From NCBI RefSeq assembly GCF_003334785.1, contig NZ_QOWV01000001.1: 64,000 nt of DNA; one strand, given 5' to 3'. Below are positions 12,284 through 26,311 of the stretch, one piece after another; positions within the stretch are counted from its first letter, which is position 1, and every line of letters begins with the position of its first letter. A program made the position numbers and the translations under genes. The notes below the pieces were generated by a model. That model searched no databases. It worked only from the letters and a program-made list of their open reading frames with translations, and was not told where the DNA came from. The DNA comes from Escherichia coli (GTDB taxonomy: Bacteria; Pseudomonadota; Gammaproteobacteria; Enterobacterales; Enterobacteriaceae).

Positions 12284-13084
12284 TTACAGGGCGGCTTCAC
12301 GGTGATGTAACAGGCTGGCAAGCCCGTTGAGTAACAGAGCATTAAACGTTTCGGGATCGGTCACGTTGCAGGCGTGTCCGCCATAGGGCATCACCATTTT
12401 CTGGCTATCGGGCAGGGCGGCATGAAGTTCACTGGAACATGCTGTTGGCACCAGCAGATCATCACTGGCGCAGATGATTTGCACCGGGCAGCGGATGCGA
12501 TCCGCATGGTGACTAAAGTCAGCGCGTTTGAGGGCGTTAAGTCGACGCAGTAAATTATTTTTGCCCTGAAAATGCGCCAGTGCCAGCGCGTCTTCTGCCT
12601 CCAGGCGAGGTGCGCGGGCCGCCATCCAGTCGGCGGGATAGAGGAACAACGGCTGCGCTTCCACCCATGCCTGCGCGCCGCCGCTATACAGTAATCGTTC
12701 GCGAACCTGAAAACAGCGGCGCGTATGGGCGTTTATTCGTAGCCAGCCGTTAACGCTGATCAGCACAGTTACCGACGCGGGATAATCCAGCGCCAGCTGC
12801 ATTCCCACCAGCGCACCGAGCGCATGGCCGACCACTGCGTAATGCTCAATCCCTGCGGCTACCAGCGCCTGATGCAGTTCCGCTGCCATCTGGGCGATAC
12901 TGTAATCTTCTGCCAGCGTGTCGGGATTATTGCCGGTGCCGCGCTGGTCGTAACAGACTACCTGATACTCCTGCTCCAGCACCGCCAGTTGCGGTAACCA
13001 GTAACTGCCGCTACCCCCAAGACCCGAAATCAACACCACTACGGGCGCATCAGCATAAGGGGGAGGTGAGAGTGAAAGTTTCAT
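12284..13084 (-). CDS. rutD: Aminoacrylate hydrolase RutD (alpha/beta hydrolase)
   Basis: 266 aa from [14 protein letters not shown]; GHALGA nucleophile-elbow motif. Confidence 0.9.
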   Translation of the reverse strand: MKLSLSPPPYADAPVVVLISGLGGSGSYWLPQLAVLEQEYQVVCYDQRGTGNNPDTLAEDYSIAQMAAELHQALVAAGIEHYAVVGHALGALVGMQLALDYPASVTVLISVNGWLRINAHTRRCFQVRERLLYSGGAQAWVEAQPLFLYPADWMAARAPRLEAEDALALAHFQGKNNLLRRLNALKRADFSHHADRIRCPVQIICASDDLLVPTACSSELHAALPDSQKMVMPYGGHACNVTDPETFNALLLNGLASLLHHREAAL

Positions 13085-13091
13085 CGCGGCC

Positions 13092-13478
13092 TCACTTGGC
13101 GATATGCGCAATTGTGGCGATTTCCACCAGCGCGTCAGGTTTTACCAGTCCGCACTGAATGCAGAATCGCGCCGGTTTATCACCCGGAAAAAACTCGGCG
13201 TAGATTTCGTTAATCGCGGCGTAATTTTTCCAGTCGGTAATAAAGATGCTGTTGAAGGTCACATCCGCCATCGTGCCACCCGCCGTCTCGATCACCTTGC
13301 GGATAGTTTCCAGAACGTGGCGGGTTTGCGCCTTTGGGTCATCGGCAAACAGCACGTTATTATGTTGATCAAAAGCCAGCGTACCGGAGACATACACCAC
13401 GCCATCAGCCAGCGTGCCGGGAACGAAGGGGGCCAGCGGTGCGCTGCTGCCAGCGGGAATAATTACGGATTTTGGCAT
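13092..13478 (-). CDS. rutC: Aminoacrylate peracid reductase RutC (RidA/YjgF family)
   Basis: 128-aa ORF. Confidence 0.9.
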
Positions 13479-13489
13479 CGTTAAACTCC

Positions 13490-15330
<1,841 letters not shown>

Positions 15331-15358
15331 ATCCTTTTCAGCCGCGTATTGGCTTGTT

Positions 15359-15374
15359 TGCAAAGCGGATGCCA
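15359..15374 (-). promoter_or_regulatory. Candidate sigma-54 promoter of rutA (TGGCAT-N4-TTTGCA on minus strand)
   Basis: Minus-strand TGGCATCCGCTTTGCA with canonical GG/GC spacing, about 30 bp upstream of rutA start. Confidence 0.65.
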
Positions 15375-15437
15375 GTTTTTAAAAAGTTAATGTTATTAAT
15401 CTGTTAACATTACGTTATCTAAAATATCTGGTAAAAA

Positions 15438-15454
15438 GTGGACTAAACGGTCAA
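15438..15454. promoter_or_regulatory. Candidate RutR operator in rutA-rutR divergent region
   Basis: Minus-strand TTGACCGTTTAGTCCAC resembles RutR box TTGACCAnnTGGTCAA. Confidence 0.55.
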
Positions 15455-15560
15455 AACAGTTGCACATAAAACATGCATCTGTGCGCGATGAGAGTGCAGA
15501 AGGTCGAGGCCGGGCGGGGGTTTTGCTATCCTGTTGCCAATCTACAAGAGGGGAGAGCGC

Positions 15561-16199
15561 ATGACGCAAGGCGCAGTGAAAACAACGGGTAAACGTTCGC
15601 GCGCAGTAAGCGCGAAGAAAAAAGCGATTCTTAGCGCAGCACTGGACACTTTTTCACAATTCGGTTTTCACGGCACAAGGCTGGAGCAGATCGCAGAGTT
15701 GGCGGGTGTTTCAAAAACCAATCTGCTGTATTACTTTCCGTCAAAAGAGGCGCTGTATATTGCCGTGCTGCGGCAGATTCTCGATATCTGGCTGGCACCG
15801 TTAAAAGCGTTTCGTGAAGATTTCGCCCCGCTGGCGGCGATCAAAGAGTACATCCGTCTGAAGCTGGAAGTCTCACGCGATTATCCGCAGGCTTCGCGCC
15901 TGTTCTGTATGGAGATGCTGGCAGGCGCGCCGCTGTTAATGGATGAACTGACGGGCGATTTGAAGGCATTAATTGATGAGAAATCGGCGCTGATTGCCGG
16001 TTGGGTCAAAAGCGGCAAACTCGCGCCGATTGATCCGCAGCATTTGATTTTTATGATTTGGGCTTCCACTCAACATTACGCCGATTTCGCCCCTCAGGTG
16101 GAGGCGGTGACAGGCGCGACGTTGCGCGATGAGGTATTTTTCAATCAAACGGTTGAAAACGTGCAGCGGATTATTATTGAGGGGATTCGACCACGTTAA
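15561..16199 (+). CDS. rutR: TetR-family regulator RutR
   Basis: 212 aa from MTQGAVKTTGKRSRA; TetR-type HTH. Confidence 0.92.
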   Translation: MTQGAVKTTGKRSRAVSAKKKAILSAALDTFSQFGFHGTRLEQIAELAGVSKTNLLYYFPSKEALYIAVLRQILDIWLAPLKAFREDFAPLAAIKEYIRLKLEVSRDYPQASRLFCMEMLAGAPLLMDELTGDLKALIDEKSALIAGWVKSGKLAPIDPQHLIFMIWASTQHYADFAPQVEAVTGATLRDEVFFNQTVENVQRIIIEGIRPR

Positions 16200-16204
16200 A
16201 GATG

Positions 16205-16230
16205 CCGGAGGAGGTTGTAACATCCTCCGG
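16205..16230. terminator. Bidirectional terminator between rutR and putA
   Basis: ccggaggagg-ttgtaa-catcctccgg hairpin. Confidence 0.7.
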
Positions 16231-16238
16231 CTACCTGT

Positions 16239-19200
16239 TTAACCTATAGTCATTAAGCTGGCGTTACCGCCAGCGGCAGCGGTATTCACACTCAGCGAAC
16301 GCTCGATATACAGCCGTTCCAGAAGGATATTGCTTTCGCCACGGGCAAAACCCTGCACCGAAACAATTGTGCCATCCCGCGCGGCAACTGCTTCACACAA
16401 TGCGCGAAGCTGATCCGAATCACCGTGGAAGATCACCGCATCAAACGGTTGAGCGGTTATATTTTCCGCTTTCGCCAGTTGAATACGTTCGCTGACTGCC
16501 GATGGCAATGCCTTCACTAACTGACGATGCAGCGCGTCATCCGGCCACAGTACCTGGCTGCCCACCGCCAGCACGGCGGCGAGCTGAGTCAGCGCATCCT
16601 GCTCATCATCGGCAATACACAACACGCGCTCACGCGGCAGCAGCGTCCAGGTGTTGCGTTCACCCGTCGGCCCCGGCAGCAATCGTTGTGTTCCTGCCTG
16701 CGCCAGCTCGCCATATTGCGTACATAACGCCTGCAATTCTGGACGATTTGCTGCCCATTCCCGCAGTGCATTTAGCGGCTGAGTCAATGCGGCTTTCAAC
16801 TGCGCATCGACCGGATACTTTGCATCCTGACGCGCGAGCGTCACTGCCAGCGCACTTTCCGGGCGATTCGCCAGCAGACGGTAGAGATAGAGCGGACCGC
16901 CTGCTTTCGGCCCGGTACCGGACAACCCTTCGCCGCCGAACGGCTGCACACCAACCACTGCGCCCACCATATTACGGTTAACATACAGGTTACCAACATG
17001 GGCCGAGCCAGTGACCTGGGCGATGGTTTCATCAATGCGCGTATGGACGCCAAGCGTCAGACCATAACCGGAAGCGTTAATCTGCTCGATCAGCTCTGGT
17101 AGCTGGTTACGGTTGTAACGCACCACATGCAGCACCGGACCAAAGACCTCTTTTTGCAATTCGGCAAAGTCATCCAGTTCGATCAGCGTCGGGGCGACAA
17201 AGGTGCCGCTTTGCCATTCACGGGCATCTTCGCTGTTTTCCCGCACCGCCTGGAACACCGGACGGCCTTTGCTACGCATGGTCTGAATATGGCGCTCAAT
17301 ATTGGCTTTCGCTTCGCTATCAATCACTGGACCGATATCGGTGGTCAGGCGACCCGGATTACCTATCCGGCATTCGGCCATTGCGCCGCGCAGCATTTTC
17401 AACGTGTGGTCGGCAATCTCATCTTGCAGGCACAGCACGCGCAGCGCCGAACAACGCTGCCCCGCACTGTCGAACGCCGAGGCCAGTACATCCACGACGA
17501 CCTGTTCGGTCAGTGCTGAAGAATCGACAATCATCGCGTTCATGCCGCCGGTTTCAGCGATGAGCGGAATAGGGCGACCCTGAGCGTCCAGGCGGCTGGC
17601 GATATTGCGCTGCAGTAACGTAGCGACTTCGGTTGAACCGGTAAACATCACCCCGCGCACGCGATCATCACCCGTCAGTTGCGCGCCCACGGTTTCACCC
17701 CGACCTGGCAGCAATTGCACCACGCCTGGCGGTACACCCGCTTCCAGCAAAATGGCGATCCCTTGCGCGGCAATCAGCGGCGTTTGTTCTGCCGGTTTTG
17801 CCAGCACGCTGTTACCTGCCGCCAGTGCGGCGGCGATCTGCCCGGTGAAAATAGCCAGCGGGAAGTTCCACGGACTGATACACACCACAGGCCCTAATGG
17901 ACGGTGGGTTTCGTTAGCGAAATCATCCCGCACCTGTCCGGCGTAGTAGTGGAGAAAATCGACCGCTTCGCGCACTTCGGCAATGGCGTTACTGAAGGTT
18001 TTTCCGGCCTCACGCACCAGAATACCAATCAGTTGCTGCATCTGGCTTTCCATCAGCACGGCAGCGCGGTGCAAAATCGCTGCGCGTTCAGCCGGAGGCG
18101 TGGCAAACCAGATTGGCGCGTTATTAACCGCACTTTCCAGCGCCTGTTCTACTTCACGCGGCGTGGCTTCACGCACATAGCCCACAATATCTTTCGGTTC
18201 CGCAGGGTTAATAACGGGCGACATCTCACCTGCCGCTACCGGTTGTTCCAGCATTGGCAAGGCCTGCCATTTTTGCAGTGCACTATTGAGCAGGGCAGAG
18301 GAGAGCGAGGCCAGGCGGTGTTCGTTAGCGAGATCCAGCCCTGCCGAGTTGTCGCGCCCGTGACCGTAAAGATCGCGCGGCAGGGGAATTTTCGGATGCG
18401 GTAATCCAGTTTGCCCTTCCTGTTGCGCCAGTTTTTCTACAGCAGTGACCGGATCGGCGACCAGTTCATCCAGTGGCAAAGAGGTGTCGGCAATACGGTT
18501 AACAAACGAGGTGTTAGCACCGTTTTCCAGCAGGCGACGCACCAGATACGCCAACAGCGTTTCATGTGTGCCAACCGGAGCATAAATACGACACGGACGG
18601 TTAAGTTTGCCGTCGGCAACTTTCCCGGTGACCTGCTCATACAGTGGCTCGCCCATACCATGCAGGCACTGGAACTCGTACTGACCCGGGTAGTAGTTCT
18701 GCCCCGCCAGTTGATAAATCGCCGCCAGCGTATGGGCGTTGTGCGTCGCGAACTGCGGGTAGATTAGATTCGGCACCGCCAGCAGCTTTTTCGCACAGGC
18801 GAGATAAGAAACGTCGGTATACACCTTGCGGGTATAAACCGGATAACCTTCAAGGCCGTCCATCTGCGCACGCTTAATTTCACTATCCCAGTACGCGCCT
18901 TTCACCAGGCGAATCATCAGACGGCGACGGCTGCGGGTGGCGAGATCAATCAGGTAATCGATCACCAACGGGCAGCGTTTTTGATAAGCCTGAATAACAA
19001 AACCGATGCCGTTCCAGCCTGCCAGTTCCGGCTCGAAACAGAGTTTTTCCAGCAGATCGAGGGAGATCTCCAGGCGATCGGACTCTTCGGCGTCAATGTT
19101 GATACCAATATCGTACTGACGCGCCAGCAGGGTGAGTGATTTCAGACGCGGGTAAAGCTCTTCCATTACCCGGTCATACTGGGCGCGGCTATAACGCGGA

Positions 19201-20201
19201 TGCAGCGCCGACAGTTTGATTGAAATGCCCGGCCCTTCATAGATGCCACGACCGTTAGACGCTTTACCGATGGCGTGAATCGCCTGCTGATAGGAAACCA
19301 TATACGCCTGTGCATCTGCGGCGGTCAGCGCGGCTTCGCCCAGCATATCGTAAGAGTAACGGAAACCTTTCTCTTCCAGCTTGCGGGCATTGGCTAACGC
19401 TTCCGCGATGGTTTCGCCAGTGACGAACTGCTCACCCATCAGGCGCATCGCCATATCCACACCTTTGCGGATCAGCGGTTCACCGCTTTTACCGATAATG
19501 CGGTTCAGCGAGCGGGAGAGGCTGGCTTCGTTATGGGTGGAAACCAGTTTGCCAGTAAACAGCAGCCCCCAGGTGGCGGCATTAACAAACAGTGACGGGC
19601 TACGACCAATGTGTGACTGCCAGTTACCGTTGCTGATTTTGTCGCGAATTAACGCGTCGCGGGTGGCTTTGTCGGGAATACGCAACAACGCTTCCGCCAG
19701 ACACATCAGCGCCACGCCTTCCTGCGATGACAGCGAAAACTCCTGCAATAACCCCTGGACCATACCTGCGCGACCACTGGCATTTTTTTGATTACGCAGT
19801 TTATCGGCCAGCTGATACGCCAGTTTGTGCGCCTGTTCAGCAACTGGCTGCGGCAGGCGGGCTTGTTCCAGCAGCATAGAAACCGCTTCGGTTTCCGGGC
19901 GGCGATAGGCCGCGGTGATCGCGGCGCGGGAAACCGACTGGGGCAATATTTGCTCGGCAAAGTCGAGGAATGGCTGGTGTGGTTCCTCTGCCGGAGTCGG
20001 TGCTTCATCGCTCTCATTGGCCGCGCCAGAAAGCAGCGCAGGTAGCTCCGGCAGAGTATCGCTGTTTTCCAGTTGTTCGAGATAAGAAAAAATCGCCTGC
20101 TTAATTAACCAGTGTGGTGTGCGATCGATACGTGTCGCGGCAGACTTAATACGCTCACGCGTCGCGTCGTCCAGCTTAACCCCCATGGTGGTGGTTCCCA
20201 T
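16239..20201 (-). CDS. putA: Bifunctional proline dehydrogenase / P5C dehydrogenase and transcriptional repressor PutA
   Basis: 1320 aa from MGTTTMGVKLDDATRERIK. Confidence 0.95.
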   Translation of the reverse strand: MGTTTMGVKLDDATRERIKSAATRIDRTPHWLIKQAIFSYLEQLENSDTLPELPALLSGAANESDEAPTPAEEPHQPFLDFAEQILPQSVSRAAITAAYRRPETEAVSMLLEQARLPQPVAEQAHKLAYQLADKLRNQKNASGRAGMVQGLLQEFSLSSQEGVALMCLAEALLRIPDKATRDALIRDKISNGNWQSHIGRSPSLFVNAATWGLLFTGKLVSTHNEASLSRSLNRIIGKSGEPLIRKGVDMAMRLMGEQFVTGETIAEALANARKLEEKGFRYSYDMLGEAALTAADAQAYMVSYQQAIHAIGKASNGRGIYEGPGISIKLSALHPRYSRAQYDRVMEELYPRLKSLTLLARQYDIGINIDAEESDRLEISLDLLEKLCFEPELAGWNGIGFVIQAYQKRCPLVIDYLIDLATRSRRRLMIRLVKGAYWDSEIKRAQMDGLEGYPVYTRKVYTDVSYLACAKKLLAVPNLIYPQFATHNAHTLAAIYQLAGQNYYPGQYEFQCLHGMGEPLYEQVTGKVADGKLNRPCRIYAPVGTHETLLAYLVRRLLENGANTSFVNRIADTSLPLDELVADPVTAVEKLAQQEGQTGLPHPKIPLPRDLYGHGRDNSAGLDLANEHRLASLSSALLNSALQKWQALPMLEQPVAAGEMSPVINPAEPKDIVGYVREATPREVEQALESAVNNAPIWFATPPAERAAILHRAAVLMESQMQQLIGILVREAGKTFSNAIAEVREAVDFLHYYAGQVRDDFANETHRPLGPVVCISPWNFPLAIFTGQIAAALAAGNSVLAKPAEQTPLIAAQGIAILLEAGVPPGVVQLLPGRGETVGAQLTGDDRVRGVMFTGSTEVATLLQRNIASRLDAQGRPIPLIAETGGMNAMIVDSSALTEQVVVDVLASAFDSAGQRCSALRVLCLQDEIADHTLKMLRGAMAECRIGNPGRLTTDIGPVIDSEAKANIERHIQTMRSKGRPVFQAVRENSEDAREWQSGTFVAPTLIELDDFAELQKEVFGPVLHVVRYNRNQLPELIEQINASGYGLTLGVHTRIDETIAQVTGSAHVGNLYVNRNMVGAVVGVQPFGGEGLSGTGPKAGGPLYLYRLLANRPESALAVTLARQDAKYPVDAQLKAALTQPLNALREWAANRPELQALCTQYGELAQAGTQRLLPGPTGERNTWTLLPRERVLCIADDEQDALTQLAAVLAVGSQVLWPDDALHRQLVKALPSAVSERIQLAKAENITAQPFDAVIFHGDSDQLRALCEAVAARDGTIVSVQGFARGESNILLERLYIERSLSVNTAAAGGNASLMTIG

Positions 20202-20224
20202 GCCATTACTCCTGTTGTTCAGAA

Positions 20225-20440
20225 AGGTGCAACTTAACGTTATCGTGAAATATCCATGATGTTGCAACTTTGTGCAACCATGTTAAATGTGACATGCGTA
20301 GCAAGCTTAAAAATGAATGAAATGTTAATAAAAGAAATCGATATGACAGGGATTAAAAAAATAACTCAGACTTTTTCTCTGCGGCAGTTAACATTTTTGA
20401 AAGGTGCAACCGCAAAAAATGTGAGAGAGTGCAACCTGAT
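20225..20440. promoter_or_regulatory. put control region with PutA operators (GTTGCA-type motifs) and divergent putA/putP promoters
   Basis: ggtgcaac, gttgcaactttgtgcaacc, ggtgcaacc and agtgcaacc motifs in putA-putP intergenic DNA. Confidence 0.8.
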
Positions 20441-20623
20441 GAAAAATAGTGTCGCTGAGCACTAAAATTTAATGTAAATGGTGTGTTAAATCGATTGTGA
20501 ATAACCAGCGCTTCCGGCAGGATACGGTCGCCCTGGTAAAACATAAACTCTGTTACCCCGTTCCGGTGGCAGATATAACGGCAAGTTTCGACATTGCCGA
20601 TAATAATTTTTTGGAGACTTTAG

Positions 20624-22132
<1,509 letters not shown>

Positions 22133-22424
22133 GGGACTTAGCCTGCGGCGGTTTTGTTTGGCTTCAGCAGCGGGTTGCGCTCCCTTAATGTGCCTCGCCA
22201 TATAAATTGAATGGTGCAGGGAGCGCGCAGGGGGCGGCCAATCGCCGCCGCCCCCTGCTGTCCCGGCCTTCGGGGAACGCTTCAGCGATTTTGACGCCAC
22301 CAACACCCGAGCTGTTATTATGTTCCGGGCAAAAAGTTAGATTTGATAATCGCGGATGGACGAAATTGCTTGATACACCCGCTTATCAGTTTTACATGGA
22401 AGCTCTGATGCATTGAGTCTGGAC

Positions 22425-22465
22425 AGTTTTGTCGGCTGGATACGGCGTTTACGCGGCATCCGGCA
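22425..22465. repeat. REP element
   Basis: ggatacggcgtttacgcggcatccggc. Confidence 0.6.
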
Positions 22466-22598
22466 AGAACACATGGTTCTTTGCAAACAATCCCATCTTT
22501 CTACCCTGGAATAATCGTTTATATCCCTTGGCATTACCTCTCTTTGTTTACATTCCAACATCATTTTATAAACATTCCGCTTGTGTTTTTCTTTGCCG

Positions 22599-22620
22599 TA
22601 ATGATAATCGCTATCACTGC
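22599..22620. promoter_or_regulatory. Candidate Fur box upstream of efeU
   Basis: taatgataatcgctatcactgc resembles GATAATGATAATCATTATC. Confidence 0.6.
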
Positions 22621-22674
22621 GATTTACTTTTCTTTGCATAGATTGACTCAGAAAAACGTTTAAGGGTGGGTGGC

Positions 22675-23505
22675 ATGTTTGTTCCGTTTCTCATTATGTT
22701 GCGCGAAGGACTTGAAGCCGCGCTGATTGTCAGTTTGATTGCCAGCTATCTTAAGCGTACCCAGCGAGGCCGATGGATTGGTGTGATGTGGATTGGCGTG
22801 TTGCTTGCCGCTGCGTTGTGCCTGGGCTTGGGTATCTTCATTAACGAAACCACCGGCGAATTTCCGCAAAAAGAACAGGAACTGTTTGAAGGTATCGTGG
22901 CGGTGATCGCCGTGGTGATCCTTACCTGGATGGTTTTCTGGATGCGCAAAGTGTCGCGCAACGTCAAAGTGCAACTGGAACAGGCAGTCGATAGCGCATT
23001 GCAGCGTGGAAATCATCATGGCTGGGCGCTGGTGATGATGGTCTTTTTTGCCGTTGCAAGGGAAGGGCTGGAGTCGGTCTTTTTCCTGCTGGCGGCATTT
23101 CAACAAGATGTCGGGATCTGGCCGCCGCTGGGTGCAATGCTCGGTCTTGCTACTGCCGTGGTGCTAGGCTTCCTGCTCTACTGGGGCGGTATTCGCCTCA
23201 ATCTTGGTGCATTTTTTAAATGGACCAGCCTGTTTATTCTCTTCGTCGCCGCAGGGCTGGCAGCTGGTGCCATTCGCGCATTTCATGAAGCCGGATTGTG
23301 GAACCACTTTCAGGAAATCGCCTTCGATATGAGTGCGGTGCTCTCAACTCACTCGCTGTTTGGCACGCTGATGGAAGGGATTTTTGGCTATCAGGAAGCG
23401 CCGAGCGTCAGCGAAGTCGCCGTCTGGTTTATTTATCTCATCCCGGCGCTGGTGGCATTTGCTCTGCCACCACGCGCAGGGGCGACAGCGTCTCGCTCCG
23501 CGTAA
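22675..23505 (+). CDS. efeU: Ferrous iron permease EfeU (FTR1 family), apparently intact
   Basis: Uninterrupted 276-codon frame from MFVPFLIMLREGLE; two REGLE motifs. Confidence 0.9.
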   Translation: MFVPFLIMLREGLEAALIVSLIASYLKRTQRGRWIGVMWIGVLLAAALCLGLGIFINETTGEFPQKEQELFEGIVAVIAVVILTWMVFWMRKVSRNVKVQLEQAVDSALQRGNHHGWALVMMVFFAVAREGLESVFFLLAAFQQDVGIWPPLGAMLGLATAVVLGFLLYWGGIRLNLGAFFKWTSLFILFVAAGLAAGAIRAFHEAGLWNHFQEIAFDMSAVLSTHSLFGTLMEGIFGYQEAPSVSEVAVWFIYLIPALVAFALPPRAGATASRSA

Positions 23506-23562
23506 CAAATACGACGCAAACTCTTGCTTAGTTACAACATACTTTAAAGGGATAGTCTCGTC

Positions 23563-24690
23563 ATGACCATTAACTTCCGCCGTAACGCATTGCAGTTGAG
23601 CGTGGCTGCGCTGTTTTCTTCTGCTTTTATGGCTAACGCCGCTGATGTGCCGCAGGTCAAAGTGACCGTGACGGATAAGCAGTGCGAACCGATGACCATT
23701 ACGGTTAACGCCGGGAAAACACAGTTCATTATTCAGAACCACAGCCAGAAGGCGCTGGAGTGGGAGATCCTCAAAGGCGTGATGGTGGTGGAAGAGCGGG
23801 AAAATATCGCCCCTGGCTTTAGCCAGAAAATGACGGCGAATTTACAGCCTGGCGAATACGATATGACCTGCGGTCTGCTGACTAACCCGAAAGGGAAGTT
23901 GATCGTCAAAGGTGAGGCAACGGCGGATGCGGCGCAAAGTGATGCGCTGTTAAGTCTTGGTGGTGCAATTACTGCATATAAAGCGTATGTCATGGCGGAA
24001 ACCACGCAGCTGGTGACCGACACCAAAGCCTTTACCGACGCGATTAAAGCAGGCGATATCGAAAAAGCGAAAGCACTGTATGCACCGACGCGCCAGCACT
24101 ATGAGCGTATTGAACCGATTGCTGAACTGTTCTCCGATCTGGATGGCAGCATTGACGCCCGTGAAGATGATTACGAGCAAAAAGCCGCCGACCCAAAATT
24201 CACTGGTTTCCACCGTCTGGAAAAAGCATTGTTTGGCGACAACACCACCAAAGGGATGGATCAGTACGCTGAGCAGCTTTATACCGATGTGGTCGATTTG
24301 CAAAAACGCATCAGTGAACTGGCTTTCCCACCTTCAAAAGTGGTCGGCGGCGCAGCCGGACTGATTGAGGAAGTGGCAGCCAGCAAAATTAGCGGTGAAG
24401 AAGATCGCTACAGCCACACCGATCTGTGGGATTTCCAGGCTAACGTTGAAGGCTCGCAGAAAATTGTCGATTTGCTGCGTCCACAACTGCAAAAAGCCAA
24501 CCCGGAACTGCTGGCAAAAGTCGATGCCAACTTTAAAAAGGTCGATACCATTCTGGCGAAATACCGTACTAAAGACGGTTTTGAAACCTACGACAAATTG
24601 ACCGATGCCGACCGGAATGCACTGAAAGGACCGATTACTGCGCTGGCGGAAGATCTGGCGCAACTTCGCGGTGTGCTGGGACTGGATTAA
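23563..24690 (+). CDS. efeO: Periplasmic iron-binding protein EfeO (cupredoxin plus M75 peptidase-like)
   Basis: 375-aa ORF with signal peptide. Confidence 0.93.
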   Translation: MTINFRRNALQLSVAALFSSAFMANAADVPQVKVTVTDKQCEPMTITVNAGKTQFIIQNHSQKALEWEILKGVMVVEERENIAPGFSQKMTANLQPGEYDMTCGLLTNPKGKLIVKGEATADAAQSDALLSLGGAITAYKAYVMAETTQLVTDTKAFTDAIKAGDIEKAKALYAPTRQHYERIEPIAELFSDLDGSIDAREDDYEQKAADPKFTGFHRLEKALFGDNTTKGMDQYAEQLYTDVVDLQKRISELAFPPSKVVGGAAGLIEEVAASKISGEEDRYSHTDLWDFQANVEGSQKIVDLLRPQLQKANPELLAKVDANFKKVDTILAKYRTKDGFETYDKLTDADRNALKGPITALAEDLAQLRGVLGLD

Positions 24691-24695
24691 GCGTT

Positions 24696-25967
24696 ATGCA
24701 GTATAAAGATGAAAACGGCGTGAATGAACCGTCACGCCGACGTTTACTGAAAGTGATAGGTGCACTGGCGCTGGCGGGAAGTTGTCCGGTCGCTCATGCA
24801 CAAAAAACGCAAAGTGCGCCGGGTACGCTTTCACCGGATGCTCGCAATGAGAAACAGCCGTTTTATGGTGAGCATCAGGCAGGGATCCTGACGCCACAAC
24901 AGGCCGCAATGATGCTGGTGGCGTTTGATGTGCTTGCCAGCGATAAAGCCGATCTTGAGCGGTTGTTTCGCTTGTTGACTCAGCGTTTTGCTTTTCTGAC
25001 TCAGGGCGGAGCAGCACCAGAAACGCCAAATCCGCGCCTGCCACCACTCGATTCCGGCATTCTTGGCGGCTACATTGCGCCCGATAATCTCACCATCACG
25101 TTATCGGTGGGTCACTCATTGTTTGATGAGCGCTTTGGCCTTGCGCCACAGATGCCAAAAAAGCTGCAGAAGATGACGCGTTTCCCCAACGACTCGCTGG
25201 ATGCGGCGTTATGTCATGGTGATGTGTTGCTACAGATTTGCGCCAACACCCAGGACACGGTTATCCATGCGCTGCGCGATATCATCAAACACACGCCGGA
25301 TTTGCTCAGTGTGCGCTGGAAGCGGGAAGGGTTTATTTCCGATCACGCGGCGCGTAGTAAAGGCAAAGAGACGCCGATTAATTTGCTGGGTTTCAAAGAC
25401 GGCACTGCCAATCCCGATAGCCAGAATGATAAGTTGATGCAAAAAGTGGTGTGGGTAACGGCAGATCAGCAGGAGCCTGCGTGGACAATCGGTGGCAGCT
25501 ATCAGGCAGTACGCTTGATTCAGTTTCGAGTGGAATTTTGGGACAGAACGCCGCTGAAAGAACAGCAGACGATTTTTGGCCGTGATAAGCAAACCGGTGC
25601 GCCGCTGGGAATGCAGCATGAGCATGATGTGCCTGATTACGCCAGCGACCCGGAAGGGAAGGTGATCGCGCTGGACAGCCATATCCGGCTGGCGAATCCC
25701 CGCACGGCGGAGAGTGAGTCCAGCCTGATGCTGCGTCGTGGCTACAGTTATTCACTGGGCGTCACCAACTCCGGGCAACTGGATATGGGGTTGCTGTTTG
25801 TCTGCTACCAACACGATCTGGAAAAAGGCTTCCTGACAGTACAAAAAAGGCTCAATGGCGAAGCGCTGGAGGAATACGTTAAACCTATCGGCGGCGGTTA
25901 TTTTTTTGCGCTGCCGGGGGTGAAGGACGCGAACGATTATTTCGGAAGCGCGTTATTGCGGGTTTAA
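24696..25967 (+). CDS. efeB: Dye-decolorising (DyP-type) haem peroxidase EfeB, Tat-exported
   Basis: 423 aa; SRRRLLK twin-arginine signal. Confidence 0.93.
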   Translation: MQYKDENGVNEPSRRRLLKVIGALALAGSCPVAHAQKTQSAPGTLSPDARNEKQPFYGEHQAGILTPQQAAMMLVAFDVLASDKADLERLFRLLTQRFAFLTQGGAAPETPNPRLPPLDSGILGGYIAPDNLTITLSVGHSLFDERFGLAPQMPKKLQKMTRFPNDSLDAALCHGDVLLQICANTQDTVIHALRDIIKHTPDLLSVRWKREGFISDHAARSKGKETPINLLGFKDGTANPDSQNDKLMQKVVWVTADQQEPAWTIGGSYQAVRLIQFRVEFWDRTPLKEQQTIFGRDKQTGAPLGMQHEHDVPDYASDPEGKVIALDSHIRLANPRTAESESSLMLRRGYSYSLGVTNSGQLDMGLLFVCYQHDLEKGFLTVQKRLNGEALEEYVKPIGGGYFFALPGVKDANDYFGSALLRV

Positions 25968-25974
25968 TGTTTTT

Positions 25975-26130
25975 AGGCGGATAAGGCATTTGTGCGCAGA
26001 TGCCTGATGCGACGCTTGCGCGTCTTATCATGCCTACAATCAGTGCGGGTTTGGTAGGCTGGATAAGGCGTTCACGCCGCATCCGGCGATCGTGCACTGA
26101 TGCCTGATGCAAATCCTGCTGAAAGCACAC
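25975..26130. repeat. REP/BIME cluster
   Basis: Multiple gcctgatgcgacgcttgcgcgtcttatc and ggataaggcgttcacgccgcatccggc copies. Confidence 0.8.
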
Positions 26131-26144
26131 AGCTTTTTTCATCA

Positions 26145-26163
26145 CTGTCATCACTCTGTCATC
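26145..26163 (+). promoter_or_regulatory. Pho box (PhoB binding site) of phoH
   Basis: ctgtcatcactctgtcatc, direct repeat of CTGTCAT. Confidence 0.8.
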
Positions 26164-26311
26164 TTTCCAGTAGAAACTAATGTCACTGAAATGGTGTTTT
26201 ATAGTTAAATATAAGTAAATATATTGTTGCAATAAATGCGAGTTCTGTTGTACTTATTAAGTAGCAGCGGAAGTTCCCGGCAGTGATAGTCAGTCACTAT
26301 GGAGATCGCGG

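Noticed and set aside
22660-23742. Minus-strand ORFs of 148 and 132 aa opposite efeU and efeO
   Set aside because: Antisense to well-supported genes with no independent signals.
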